NCBI GenBank assembly: GCA_001949185.1
Contig: BDGG01000001.1
Span: 1,982,478 to 2,046,477, forward strand
Source: Ramazzottius varieornatus
Taxonomy: Eukaryota > Animalia > Tardigrada
DNA: 64,000 bases
Direction of reading: 5' to 3'
In this document: one piece after another, positions 1-12,175 of the stretch
Layout: each line of letters begins with the position of its first letter
Position numbering within the stretch: the first letter of the stretch is position 1
Notes under the pieces: generated by a model
What the model was told of the DNA's origin: nothing
Seen by the model: the letters and a program-made list of their open reading frames with translations, nothing else
The model's database searches: none
Translations under genes and position numbers: made by a program

Positions 1-2
1 TT

Positions 3-749
3 GATGGACAGAAAATAAGCGATACGATAAACGAACTGAAAGAGAAGTCGCTGGAGACCTCCGTCTTGGGCACCATGCGAGATCTGTATGAAGCCCACAA
101 ACACGATGTGTCGTTTGGTATTTTGGGTAACTTCACTTTCGTCCAAATGATCGAACAGCTAGGGAAGCTGTTGCCGGAAAGGGAAAAGGAAAAGACGGAC
201 GCGGAAGTGGCGAAGATTGCCGATGGTACAGCAAACGCTATGGTGAAGATACCCGATCAGGATCTACCACTCGTTTCAAGTAACGTCGACCAACTTGTGG
301 AAGGCTACGAAGCTCTTGATGGTGGAACAAGTTATGGAGAACCTTATGGTGGGAAACATGTGGCTAATCCTTTGGACGAGTTCTCACCGAAGCCGGAAAA
401 GTCCAGCTTGCAAGTTCCTCAACCTAACAAAGGACCGCTTGATTCAGCTTCGCATAATGATATTATCAAACGGTTATATCCGCAAAAGTCGCAAGACATG
501 AAGCAAGTGCCTTCTGTGGTGAAGAAGTCGTCGAGTAGTTTGGGCGGAGGGAAGGGGAAGTCGTCCGAAGAGAAGCTCAGTAGTGCGCCGAAGACCCAGA
601 CTGAATACTTCCGGCAACTGGAAGCGCGGATACAGCAGGTCTTCCAGAAAAATGACGCAGCGAAGCAGGCTGCCGCTTTGTCTCCTTACCCCAATGTTGT
701 GGATGTGGATCGCATAAAACCTTCGGACAATCGGAAGCAGTTGAGCTGA
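3..749 (+). CDS. 3' part of an uncharacterised protein (open from the window start; low-complexity S/K/P-rich C-terminus)
   Basis: Frame is open from nt 3 to TGA at 747-749; no recognisable domain; 5' end lies outside the window. Confidence 0.6.
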   Translation, partial: DGQKISDTINELKEKSLETSVLGTMRDLYEAHKHDVSFGILGNFTFVQMIEQLGKLLPEREKEKTDAEVAKIADGTANAMVKIPDQDLPLVSSNVDQLVEGYEALDGGTSYGEPYGGKHVANPLDEFSPKPEKSSLQVPQPNKGPLDSASHNDIIKRLYPQKSQDMKQVPSVVKKSSSSLGGGKGKSSEEKLSSAPKTQTEYFRQLEARIQQVFQKNDAAKQAAALSPYPNVVDVDRIKPSDNRKQLS

Positions 750-1084
750 GCCGCGGTGACGTCGGCAAGCTGTGAAGATCGGCCGGTTCGACTTTCTTTT
801 ACTCCTTTTCAGCTAAGTTTTCATTCGGCTAGAATATTATAATTATTTTCGAAGAATACAGGGACCTCACTTTCTGTGTAAAGTCAGTGAGGCAACCGTA
901 AGTGGCGCGCGACAATGGTCGCTCCGAAGACTTTAATCGTTATCGGCGTTTGTCGTTCGCAGAACAAGACACATGTGGTATCATTGGCCAAAGTCAATAG
1001 AGATCAGCATAAACTATACGCCAAAAGAGCCCTTGCGTTTTCGGGGAAAGCCATTACAATCGGCGGCGTCAAAATCAATTTGTG

Positions 1085-4000
1085 TCAAATGATCGATTCT
1101 CTGTTAGGCTTCTCCAAGGGTGGCGCTAGATCAGGCGGCAGCGGTGTCAACTCTGAGAAGTCACTACCACTGGGACTGTCACTGCCGCAGATGTGCATCT
1201 CAATCTCTTGCAGCCGATGTTCCACTTCCCACTGTTGCTGGTTCAGTTTCGTATTTAGCGTACTATTTTCGGCTTCCAATTGAGCCAGTCTTTCCCGTAG
1301 CCGCTGGATCTCGGCCACAAAGTCCGCTTCGGTCGTCGAGTTCCCCACCAGACTTCGCGCATCATCCGCTGACATTGTACCGGGTGTTGTCGACCGGCTT
1401 TGACCGTTGGACAGGGACCGATGACTTCTACTGGGAACTGCTAGATGGTTGGTATACGCTGAGGTCGACGCTAGGTTGTACATGGAATGTGGTTGCGGGG
1501 AATGGTAGCCGGCGCCGGCTTGAGAGGAGGCCAGAGGAAGAGCCGAAGGAACGCTGAGCGTGGGTCGGGACATGGGTGGTGGCTCGCTTTGAGTTTGATG
1601 AAGGGATGGTTGGATGACAATGTGTGCTGTCGCTGGTGGGGATTGGCCCATAGGTTGAGACTCTTCGATGGGAGTCATACTACTAGCTGTTCGAGGTAGC
1701 CCCGAGGGCATGGACATTGCGGACTGAATGGGAACGAAAGTGGCGCGGTCCATGGTGGGATTTTCGTCCGGATGGAGATGAGGCTCGACGAGTCCGGGCG
1801 TACTTTGACTTCGATTTATAGTAGGGGTGGGACCTGTAATGGGAATGACACCTAGAGAAAAGCTGACCGTGCTTTTGATTCACATACAGGCGGTAAAATA
1901 CTGTACAACCAAGTTATGAGTAGAACGCAGGAAACTGTCACATTTGAGTGTTATGCACGTTATGGAAGAAAAACCGCACAAGTGAGTAGTAAATCGAACT
2001 GTTATAAAAAGCTAAAAAGTTTCATCGGCGCACTTTTTACTAAAATGTCGTTATTCACTTTGACTTCGAAGTGAAATCAAGCCAATTTTTCCATACCACT
2101 TTGGGCTTACCATGTTCGAGCGGACTTTTTTCATATTTGCTCAGGCGCTTTTGAGCAATCCCTTCAAGGCGAACGCGAGCTGCAGGATATTCCTGGAGTA
2201 CATCCCACATATCCTGTTTACTTAGGCAGAATAAGTCGCTGTATCCAACAGAGCGAACGGAAGCTGTGCGACGGTTTCCCAAGGTTCCCATGTTGAGCAC
2301 TGATATTTCGCCGAAGTACGAGCCGGCTCTCAGCGTAGCTAATACCGTCCTCCCATTGTCAGCCACCACTTGTAACTTCCCTCTCGCTACAATGTACATT
2401 TCTTTTCCCACTTCTCCTGCAAAGAGCCGTATCCACCATCACGAGACTGCATCGGAGGTTATCTTCGTTGTTCGTATGAGAACTGGGCAAACAAAACGTA
2501 CAACATAGTTTGTTAGAGTGGCACACTCTATCATCCAATTTCAATGGGAACGTGCGCCACTTGGGGTAACAATCAAAATCGCACGTTGGTGGCGCATTCC
2601 TATGAACCATCGCAGTGAAACTGTGCGCCACTTGAGATAACAATCTTGTACGGTTTGTTTGCTGTGCCCCCTATAGTATACCTTTTCGGCAAATGTAGTC
2701 ACCGGGCGAGAACAGAACAGGCCGAAGCCGGAGAACCAATTCGCACAAGAACCCGGCTTCGGTGTTCTGGAAGATCTCGACCCGCTTGAGGGTATCGAGA
2801 TGGACATGGATGGCGATTTCAGCTTTTAGCTTGTCCGGAAGGCACGACATAACAGCTTTTTCCTCGTCCGAAGACTTCTTGGTCAACCATAAATAATCGA
2901 ACCATTTGATAACCTTCTTCTGAAGGTGATCAGGTACGCGTCTAAGGTTCATGTAAGTCTTGACGTTATCCAGTTTGGCTGCAAGAAGAAATATTGCGGA
3001 GGAGCTTCGAGGTCTTAAGATGGCTCGATGCGAATACAAGTGAGTAATTCTCCGAGAAATAACTCTTCGGAGTACTTCAGAACTAATGGTGGGATCTGTT
3101 ATGCATGAAAGCTTCTTCGATGTCTGTTGGAAGATTATCATATTTGTGCGCTGGACTGTGCCAATATTTACTTTTTCTTCATCCGCAACAAATGACCCTG
3201 ATTATCTTGAATCTCAAGAGAGGAATCATCCTCGCGCTGCTCTCAGCGGCTGAGCCCGTCGCTCGAGAACCAGCCACAAATTGAGACCATCTCCCGTACC
3301 AAGACGAGCATTCCGTACAGCCGGCTTCCTCCGAATCCGGATTATTCATTGTCAAAACAGAATGACTTCACATACCTTGAAATTCTTTCCGCGCTGCGGA
3401 GACGCTTGTGACAATATTCGCCTACGAAATAAAAAATCGACTCGAAAGATGAATCGTAGAAAAACTCAAGTTTACAGCCCGGATCTCCGATTTTGTATAA
3501 TTTTAAGCGATGCTTACACACAAAATTCCTGTCACGCCATAATTATGATATCTGGAAATTCCTTCTGGTTCGAAGAACTGCTGACCTGTTTTGTTTTACG
3601 GGCCATCCTGTTCAAGATTGTGTTTCAGTGGCAGGCAACTTACCACATGTCCCAGTACAGTGGCGAAAAGGAGTAATCCAACGATAAGTTCCGTAATGAC
3701 AAAGATATACTCGACACGAGTTAAAGGCCGCGGAATATCACCAATATTGGTCAAAAAGAGGGTCGACCAGTACAATGAGTGCATATAATGGCGCACAGTG
3801 TCGGATTGGTCCTCGGTCTTGGCCCAGTCGGCGCGGAACTCAAAATGCGAGGATAGCAGGTAAAAAATACAGGCATTCCAATGGAACAACACCAGTAGGT
3901 AATGTATCAACACCGCACTCCGAAACACATTGGGATAATTGGTGTGCCGCTCGCTCTTGTCCAGGAAGACCCAAAATCGATAAATTTTGACCAACCGGAA

Positions 4001-4966
4001 ACCTCTCAGAGCCGAATTGAACCCAAGTGATAGATACAAAAAGTCCAACGGCAGCAAACAAAGGCAGTCCACGTAGAATAAAGTCGTGTTCATGTAATGC
4101 TGCCGCAGTTTTAGCGTCTCCGTCTGTAATACCCCATCTTCCAAATACCCGGTGCGAAAATTGAAGGCAATATCACAAATGTACAAGAAATCGGCAAAAT
4201 AGTCGAGCGGAAACCATACCACTAGATTCTGCCGGTTGATTTCTTGAAAGGAAAATCGATAAACTATAACCCACAAATTGTACAAAAAGGCGGTACTGAC
4301 AACCATGGACCAGTAATAGGCTAAACGACCGCTGGGATCAAAGACAAAGGTCCAACGACAGCCGGACCGCCGATCAGAGGATGACAACGAGGCAGCGAGA
4401 TCTTGAGCGTCACCTGTAAGCAGAGCAATTGGTCGCTGATTTTCGTTTGTGACCAGAACGTGAACAGTACGCGGGACCTGGGCAAAGAAACTCGACACGG
4501 TCATTTTCCCAAGTGGCGCACTTCTCCAGTGTTATTGTCAAAGTGCGTGCGCCACCTGGAAACTCAGCAAAGTCGGGTTTCCCGGTGTGGCGAACGATCT
4601 CAGCCAATAGGCCACTTGGGGGGACGATCTTGCCGCGTTTTTCTGCCTTGGTTTCAGTTTACCTGTCAGGAGCCTTTTCGGCCCGGACGAATAGCGCCGT
4701 GAAACCCCCGGGCTGTGCTCAAGGTCGGAGTTGGGAGAGGCCAGGCTGTTGGCCAAGTAATGTCTGCGCGCTGGTCCGCCACGCCGAGTCGCGGTCCCTC
4801 GTAATCGGTTCAGCGTCTGACTGAACCAACCACGAGGACCCGTCGACGACTTACGCACATAGACGGGAGCTGCGCTGCCGGATTGGACAGCTGCGGCAGC
4901 TGCCTGGCTCATCCGCTTGTTGTGGTGATGGATCTTGTAATCGCTGCTGTTGCTCAACCGATCCAT
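1085..4966 (-). CDS. Cyclic nucleotide-gated channel alpha subunit (CNGA-like), 6 coding exons
   Basis: In-phase GT-AG exons 4663-4966, 3644-4413, 3376-3421, 2682-2978, 2111-2416 and 1085-1851. They encode S1-S6 ([29 protein letters not shown] pore), the C-linker ([18 protein letters not shown]), the CNBD ([20 protein letters not shown]...YFGEISVL...[19 protein letters not shown]), a coiled coil and a C-terminal ESII. Confidence 0.95.
2486..2662. repeat. Palindromic element, double unit, in CNG intron 2417-2681
   Basis: Outer arms gcaaacaaaacgtacaa / ttgtacggtttgtttgc; two cores, each with a 25-bp spacer. Confidence 0.9.
4480..4647. repeat. Palindromic element, double unit, in CNG intron 4414-4662
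   Basis: caagtggcgcac-N25-gtgcgccacc plus a second, internally deleted unit. Confidence 0.88.
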
Positions 4967-5422
4967 GGTCTTCCCTCCCTGGAGATATGTGAGACGATCA
5001 AAGGATGGGTGCTACCATCGACACGCCGGCCGGCATGAACGCGGAAGAAGGACCTCCCTCTTGATCAAGCGCTGATCCTGGCGGTCCCAAGAAAGCGAAT
5101 TTTTCCGGGCTAATGGCTCGCAGTGCGATTATCCTTCACTACTACGCATTCTGCGCTGTCGATTAGTGTTACAAAGAGGAGTGTTTACTTAAGCGACTTG
5201 GCGCAAATGTCGAATGTTGTCGCGGAGTGGAACGTCTTCTTTTTGATACAGTTCCCATTGAGCTTCCTACAAAAGAGCAAAAAAAACCATGTCAACGTAT
5301 AGTACAGTAATAAACCAGTAGTAGAGAATACGCGTTGAAACCATCGAAGCACTTCGTTACTCGTGAAACAGACCACGTTCGCTCATCCGTAGAAATAAAA
5401 GGGCATGATAGTATGGGAGGAC

Positions 5423-5526
5423 AGCAAACCAAGCTCACAAAACCGCTATTTTGAGTGGCGCACACTCCCAGCTACAAACGATGAAAGCGCAACTCGGTAT
5501 AGCGATCCTGTGCGTTTGGTTTACCG
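5423..5526. repeat. Palindromic element (degenerate), upstream of the CNG ATG
   Basis: gagtggcgcac...aagcgcaactc with partial outer arms. Confidence 0.7.
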
Positions 5527-6401
5527 AACTCCCATATGGGGTATCGCCAATGCCTCCAAACAGTTAAATTAAAATTAGACGGGCTGTCGGTTTACCGTTG
5601 ACCTATAGTACGTACGAACCAGAACTCCGTTGTTTCCGTTCGATAATCAAACGCGAACTTCAGAGGGAACGACTGGACATGTAAGCTGATCACGCGCTGT
5701 AACTCAGTCTAGTTACAAGCCGTAGCACGTAGCGAGCATATCCGTCTAGCTATTCGTCAAGCATTGCATTCTTCCGGTTCGTTAGCCCAAACATCAGCAC
5801 TTTGCCAGGCATGGCACGCCATCAACCCTCTCAAGTCTTCCCATAATGCTCGCAGATTCTCGTTCCATCCACGTCAGACCTGTTCCGCATATATCTTTCA
5901 AGCATATAATTTGCCAGATAATGTATCTCGACAATTTGCCGCAAGTGAATGCCTTGTAACTTTCCTATGCTCTTACGGTCTTACCTACGTCACAAAAAAT
6001 TCTCGTACTCATGTGGAACAAGTGAACTTCTGTCGGAAGACTCAACATGCGGAAGATCAAGACACCGAAGCCATGCATGCGTACTGCGTGACGATTATCC
6101 CACTAAGTCAAACACAAGCCCAGCCACAGCTGGAACATACTATCTACCGCCAACACATCCTGTTTATGAGCTTGACAACAAAGGCATTCGTCTGGAATGA
6201 TCTGTAGCTTGTACTCCACCTTCTTACCAACGTTATCAAACCAACGTTGCCCGAGCAATCAATTCTGACTTGCTTCCTTGTTCGCGGCGCTTTAACTGGT
6301 CTAACTTTGAGACTTTGACCAACTGACCCGAGCTCGATGGTCAACGTTTGCTTCTGAGATTATGCTGAATATTTTTGAGTGCCTGAAGGTATAGGGGAGG
6401 C

Positions 6402-6510
6402 CGTCAAACGAAACGCCCAAGATCGTTATTCCAAGTGGTGCACGTTTCCATTGGTATTGCTCGAGAGTATGCGTCTTACAATAACAGTTTTGTCCGTTCC
6501 GTCCGCCGAC
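6402..6510. repeat. Palindromic element
   Basis: caagatcgttattccaagtggtgcac-N25-atgcgtc...ataacagttttgtccg. Confidence 0.8.
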
Positions 6511-7959
6511 ATTCCATACATCGAACGTCGGGGAAGGAAAACACACCAGTTCCTTCCAGAAAAACTAATTATCGTCCAGATGGAAGACACGTATTTTAAA
6601 CCGCCCTACTCTGCTTACTGGTTACCTGTGCAAGAAATTTCAATTGAATCAATTATCCAAGAGCAACAATAAAGCTTTCATGAGAGATCACGTATTTATC
6701 GATTATTGCACGGTATTGAATCGGAAACCACGACAGTACAGACGCTGCATTCGACCGGGACGGAAGACACTCGGGGCCGCAGTTCGACAAATGAAATGGC
6801 TAATGTAAATGGCAACATTATGACGATCAATGGAGCGTTATACTTCCTATCAATTCGAGCTGCGGGTCTCTGTGAATTAAAGATCCGTCTGGGTTCCCCA
6901 CAATCCACATATTACATCCCCTTCTTTCCACGCCCGTTTCTCCACTCCCCACAAACCACTTCTCTCTCATTACCACAAGCTTCCAAGGAAGCTTATCGTA
7001 ATCCACAGAATGATCCCTACTTTTACGATCATCGAACGAGACCATCACTTCTTCCCAGATTTCATCCCTCAATAACATGCAAAAAGACCTCGCGCCACGC
7101 ACCTACGTACAGTGTACCAACTTGTCCTCTGTACACTGCGCCACTGTAATTTCGAGTCCTGAAAAGTACAACGTAGAGAAATTATGTTTTTCTTAGTATA
7201 CAACGTCAACTTGGAATATTAAACGCATCATCTCACATCACGCAACTGTAAATTGATTACTTATGACAAATTTTTGGACCACGCATTCGGGCATTATTAA
7301 TGACAAAGGGTTTCACAATTCGGGCCCTGGTAGAACTAGGGTACTGCCACCGATACTGATCCAGGTCGATTTCTCACCGTTAAGGCAGTTTGACTTACAA
7401 ATCTATCATGATTCCTGCAAATCGACTTGTCTGGCTGAGATGCTCAAAATAACTGAAACCGAAGGGTGGCCATTCAAGTCTGCCGCGCGAAAGCTGGCGT
7501 TCGGAAGGTCTACATCAATTGTCAATTACGGTTAAAGTAAAAGCTATTATTTCTGCTCGCTCTACTTTCCCCAGTACGCAGACGCTGAACCCCTCGCGTC
7601 GCCTAATAGCTTGTGCAATATGGGCATACAGCTCTCTTCTGTCGACAATGCCAAGTAGGTCTTTTGTCGACAGGAAAAGGACGTGAGACAATGTGGAAGC
7701 ATGGTCCTTCTGTTGCTCCTTCAAGTGTCTTTATTATCATTTATATTGAAAAATCATTCATCATTTTTACCATTGACTGCAACGTCAAGACACTGACAGT
7801 GTCCGCCTTTCCTTCTCAGTGATAAATCATCGTCCTGATGGAAGGAAAAGCCATGCAGCGTTGCAATCACAGTCCATCTCCTGCGCCACAAGCGCAATAC
7901 ACTGCGATGACGTCACTGCGGACCGATCAAACCAGGCTTCGCCCTTTCCTTCGAAAAAT

Positions 7960-8061
7960 GAAAGCGAACAAGACGGTCGTCTTGAGTGGCGCACACTACC
8001 ACCCAACAATAACGAGTAACGTGCGCCACTTCGGACAATGATTTCAACCCTTCGTTTGACC
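7960..8061. repeat. Palindromic element
   Basis: gagtggcgcac-N26-gtgcgccactt. Confidence 0.88.
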
Positions 8062-11000
8062 AGCTCCCCAATCTTCACGGTGGAAAAAGCTTTCTTAAAG
8101 TCTTCCCTAACATCTGAACCAGGTTATGCCATTCTCTAACATGATTTGAGTCCAGACAAACCACGCAGGGTTACTCAAGAGTGTAGAATGACAGGGACAT
8201 TTTCGCTCGTACTGGCTTCGTATGGGAAGACAGCGCTATATCACTGCCGTCAACAAGGCCTGTTCCGGTTCTTTCTGCCCAGTTCTGCTTGGCGGCTCGT
8301 TTTGTACTAAACAGATAGCACCACTTCAGCAGATCGGAAGCTCCTGCTGCTGCGAAACGATACACATCTTCCGATGATCGAGGACCGGAAGACGGCAATT
8401 GAGAAGAAAAAACGAAAAAACGAACTCTCGAGGATCTCCTTCATGAAAGAAGCTGTTAGTGTTCTGCCCAACCCTAAGAGCGTAGCTAGGCCTAATCTCC
8501 AGATGTTTGCCTCCAAGAATGCAACGATCGGTAATTTATTTCCCCGACCAGTTTTCATGAGGAGGGTGTGTTTTTGTTGTGAACGCAGATCGAACGGTTG
8601 AATATGAAAAAGGACTGTTATTTTTAGAAATAAGTAACGAGGAAGAAAGGAAAGTTTTGACAGGCGTACAAAGTACATGAAACATGCAAAAGGAAAACAA
8701 TGGGGAGCTTGTGGCAGATTGACGTGCAACAGGGAATACAAAGTTTGGATGCATGTCGTAACGGGGTAATCCGGGGCTGGCAAACGCAACAAGGAGGAAG
8801 TTGGTCAACGTAGCGGCGTCAAACGGAAACGCGGAGGGATTCTAGCACTGTGCAATTAAGGTCTATAAAGCACTGTTTGGACAGTGTTGTAGTGGCAAGC
8901 TCGACGTCAGCGCGCGCAGAGACCTCATGGGTTCATATTCAGCAGCCCGTAAATCGCTTTGTGGAGTGAGAAGCTTGTATAAATCTACAGAGGAGCGTGA
9001 CCAGCTCTTCCTGCTTACTCAACGGTCGCCTGGCCGAGATCGATGATGGTAATCAGGCCTCTTTAGCACGTAAATGTCCCGCTGCAAGTGAGACGGGAAC
9101 TCTAACAGAAGGGATAATATATCCTACCTGTCCCTGTCATCCTGATCGCCACATTTCCGGAGTGATATAGTGCTGGATAAAGTCCCTGTAGATCTACTTC
9201 GCTGCAGGTCGCATTACAATCAAAGCAGGCAAAGGTTCAATTCCCAGATAATAACCCGTATAGGACCGCAGATCAAGTTGCACAATCGTCCTCTCCGGCG
9301 TTATGACGATCAACGCGCCGGATGGATCGCGTAACATCTGTTCAACACATCAGAACGGCAGACACTTGTAAGCAATCCTGGAAATTACACCCCCAGATTC
9401 ATAAATATATCCGCCTCCGATGAACAGATGTGTCTTACATAAATTCCCCCTATTCATCAAGTTATTCCAGCACCATAAAATCAACAGCTCGATGTTCCCA
9501 GATGAAGTTGCGCACAGCAAAGCGCAAGGTTTCCAATAGAACTGGTCCTCATCAACATGCATACGCAATGCAGAGAACCAATCCACGAGAATCAGAAAAA
9601 AACGGAACTCCAGAAACGTGTTTTTTTTCTGGAGTGAGCTGGTGGAATAGGATCACAGTTTGGATAAGGTCGGAAGCAGAAGACACAGTTGTTCATCAAA
9701 TAAAAGAAGGGCAGCGCTAGTCAGTAAAAGAATTGAATATTCTCATTCAATTGTGCTCGGTAATAGAATAATCAACCATCAAAGAGGAAAAAGGCAAGGC
9801 AATTCCATCACATGCCATAACCATGCAGCAAGAACAGTTCAGAGCCTCCAAGCAGACGGCGAGTACATTCTCCCCCTCGAAAAGCGCCGCCAGCTACAGA
9901 ATACATTGGGAGCATGCATCAGTAATTCTATTTTTTCTCTTCACGTATCCCCTCTAGCCGTGTGGCGCAGTTCATACAAATTTCCACTACTGTACTCAAA
10001 ATTGTCAGAAATAAAAAGAAAAAAGAAACAACGTGAAAGTCAAAGATCCTTGCTTGTTGGGGACAACGAACCCGAAATACATATGATGCATTGGGTACCA
10101 CGCTTATGAGCGCGAAGTCAAAGTACTCCAAAGCACTGTACACAGATACAAGCACAAGTGTCTGCTTCTTCCCTTCTCTTCTCTATAGCACTAACTCAAG
10201 GGAAGAAAGGAAGGTACGATAGAGGCCAGACTACTCTACACCGGAAGTAAGCAAACCATTGCCAGGCCGGATAGACCCTGATGCGGGGGCGGACTGATCG
10301 TCCACATTTATAGTACGTTCACGGCAGAGCTTTGCGGCTATTACAGTACGACTACAAACGTCTAACGGCTTTTCTCTTGACTCTTAATTTCTGCCCCAAA
10401 ATACCCTGGACTGTGTAAGTGGAAACAAATGAAGCAAACATCGCAAAGTACCCTCCAACTCGGGCCTTCTCCCTGGCAGCTTCCTCATCGGCAAACCTAC
10501 AGTACGGACGCACCTACGACTTCGCTACAAAGAACAGCAATACCTTTCGTTCCTTCTTTGTCGCTGCTAGGATTACCCTGTGACCGACTTTTCCCTCATC
10601 CTACGTAACGAATAAAGCTGCAGGACGTTTACGGGTTGATTATGTCTGTGAACGGAAAAACTGTCCCAACTGTCCCTTTGGTGTACGTTAGGACACAGTC
10701 CATTAGCCATGCTAATCATTTAAGCTCTGCTTAATAATGAACTGTGGTTAGGCCTGTTCATTTTGGCGTTCTGCTTTATTGTCCACTGGTGTGAAAGACC
10801 GTTGTTGAAATTACGCGTTCATTTTCGACGACCGAGTTGATCTACTGTAGTTGATTTTAGAGCGAAGGACTTTAGTTGAATTTCCTGAATATTTCAGGAG
10901 TATTTCGTAAACTGAGTGGCCAATTACCATTAGCGAATCCCCATTCTGCATGTCAGGCGTTCGTTGAGGTTTCCTGGCTTGTTTACACAATGTCAAAGCC

Positions 11001-11976
11001 TCTACTGCTGGTGTTAGTTGGGCGGCGTGTGTACATCAGGGACCATGACACGTCCTGTTACAAACCAACCCAGAATCAATGGAACCAACTTTACTCCGCC
11101 ACTGCTATTGATTATTAGGGTTCTCTCGATCCATCCTAGCTAGTCTCACCCTCACTATCAAGCACCATGTTGTGTTATTCAATAGCTCGAGCCCTCTTTC
11201 TCCCATTTTGTCTAGGAACCGTCTTGCCTCTCTCCCAGCCTCCCTTACTGGTTAAAGTATAATCTCAAAAATCCGCTCGTCTCGTTGCGTTGCTCCTTCC
11301 ATTTGTGGGAGCAAAGACTGCCCAGTCTACATATAACTAAAGCTTCTGTACAACACTTTTACCATGAGGATAAAGGAAGACGAAAAGATATGAGAGGCTT
11401 CGGTCTTGTCTTAGGGCACCATTGCGCTGCTCACTGTTCATTCTCGGCGCCAACTTCCTTGTCGTTCCAGGCTTTTAGCTCATTCTTGTCGCAACAATAC
11501 CGACCATTGATGTGGGATAACTGGGTACTTCCTTCTCATGCAGATCGAGCTGCACATCAGATTCCAGTCAGATAAACCCTAAAAGTGTTTGCGACCCCTT
11601 CGTCTTACTTGCCAGTCTTGAACTGCAAAATACTTCCCGTTCCAAGGGACATTTGTCTGGGCCGTCTCCCTCGTGGCGCCACCTCGAGGATACTGTGTCA
11701 ATCTCACTTTGTCTTCCCGACCTCAGTCGTGGTTCCTCGTCCTCCAGCTTTAGTACGCGCACGACGAGATATTATGCGACAGTAAAAATTATGGGACAGG
11801 CCTTTTCGCTTCGACGAGACGAAAGCACGTACGTTCTCGACCGATTCACACTAATGCACTTTTCAACACTTTGCTACGGTTGAATTTCCAGTTTGCCGTT
11901 CTATAATTTTTACTGTCCCACAATTATCCAACGTGCGTGTACTGGTCAGAACCACTGAACTGTGCCAGTACTTTAC

Positions 11977-11990
11977 GTTGCCTTAGCAAA
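11977..11990 (+). promoter_or_regulatory. Candidate RFX X-box upstream of the ENO4-like gene
   Basis: GTTGCCTTAGCAAA is close to the consensus GTTNCC-N0-3-RGYAAC and lies ~185 bp before the ATG of a flagellar-type gene. Confidence 0.4.
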
Positions 11991-12175
11991 TTCGAACATT
12001 CGCCCAGTCCTGCGCTGAGGAAAAATTCAGTGCTACGTACACTGGTACGAGGCACCGTAATCAGAACATAGATTGCGACGTTCATGGTATTTCCCATACG
12101 GAAGCTGTTGTTTGTAACAATGTTTTTGACGAGAGTATCTCATCAGACGAGAGTGCTGACTACCTAAAGCTGAGG

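Noticed and set aside
900-911. Lone aagtggcgcgc half-site
   Set aside because: No partner core 25 bp away and no outer arms.
5764-10109. Several 140-160 aa ORFs upstream of the CNG gene
   Set aside because: No recognisable domains or coherent exon chain; consistent with chance ORFs.
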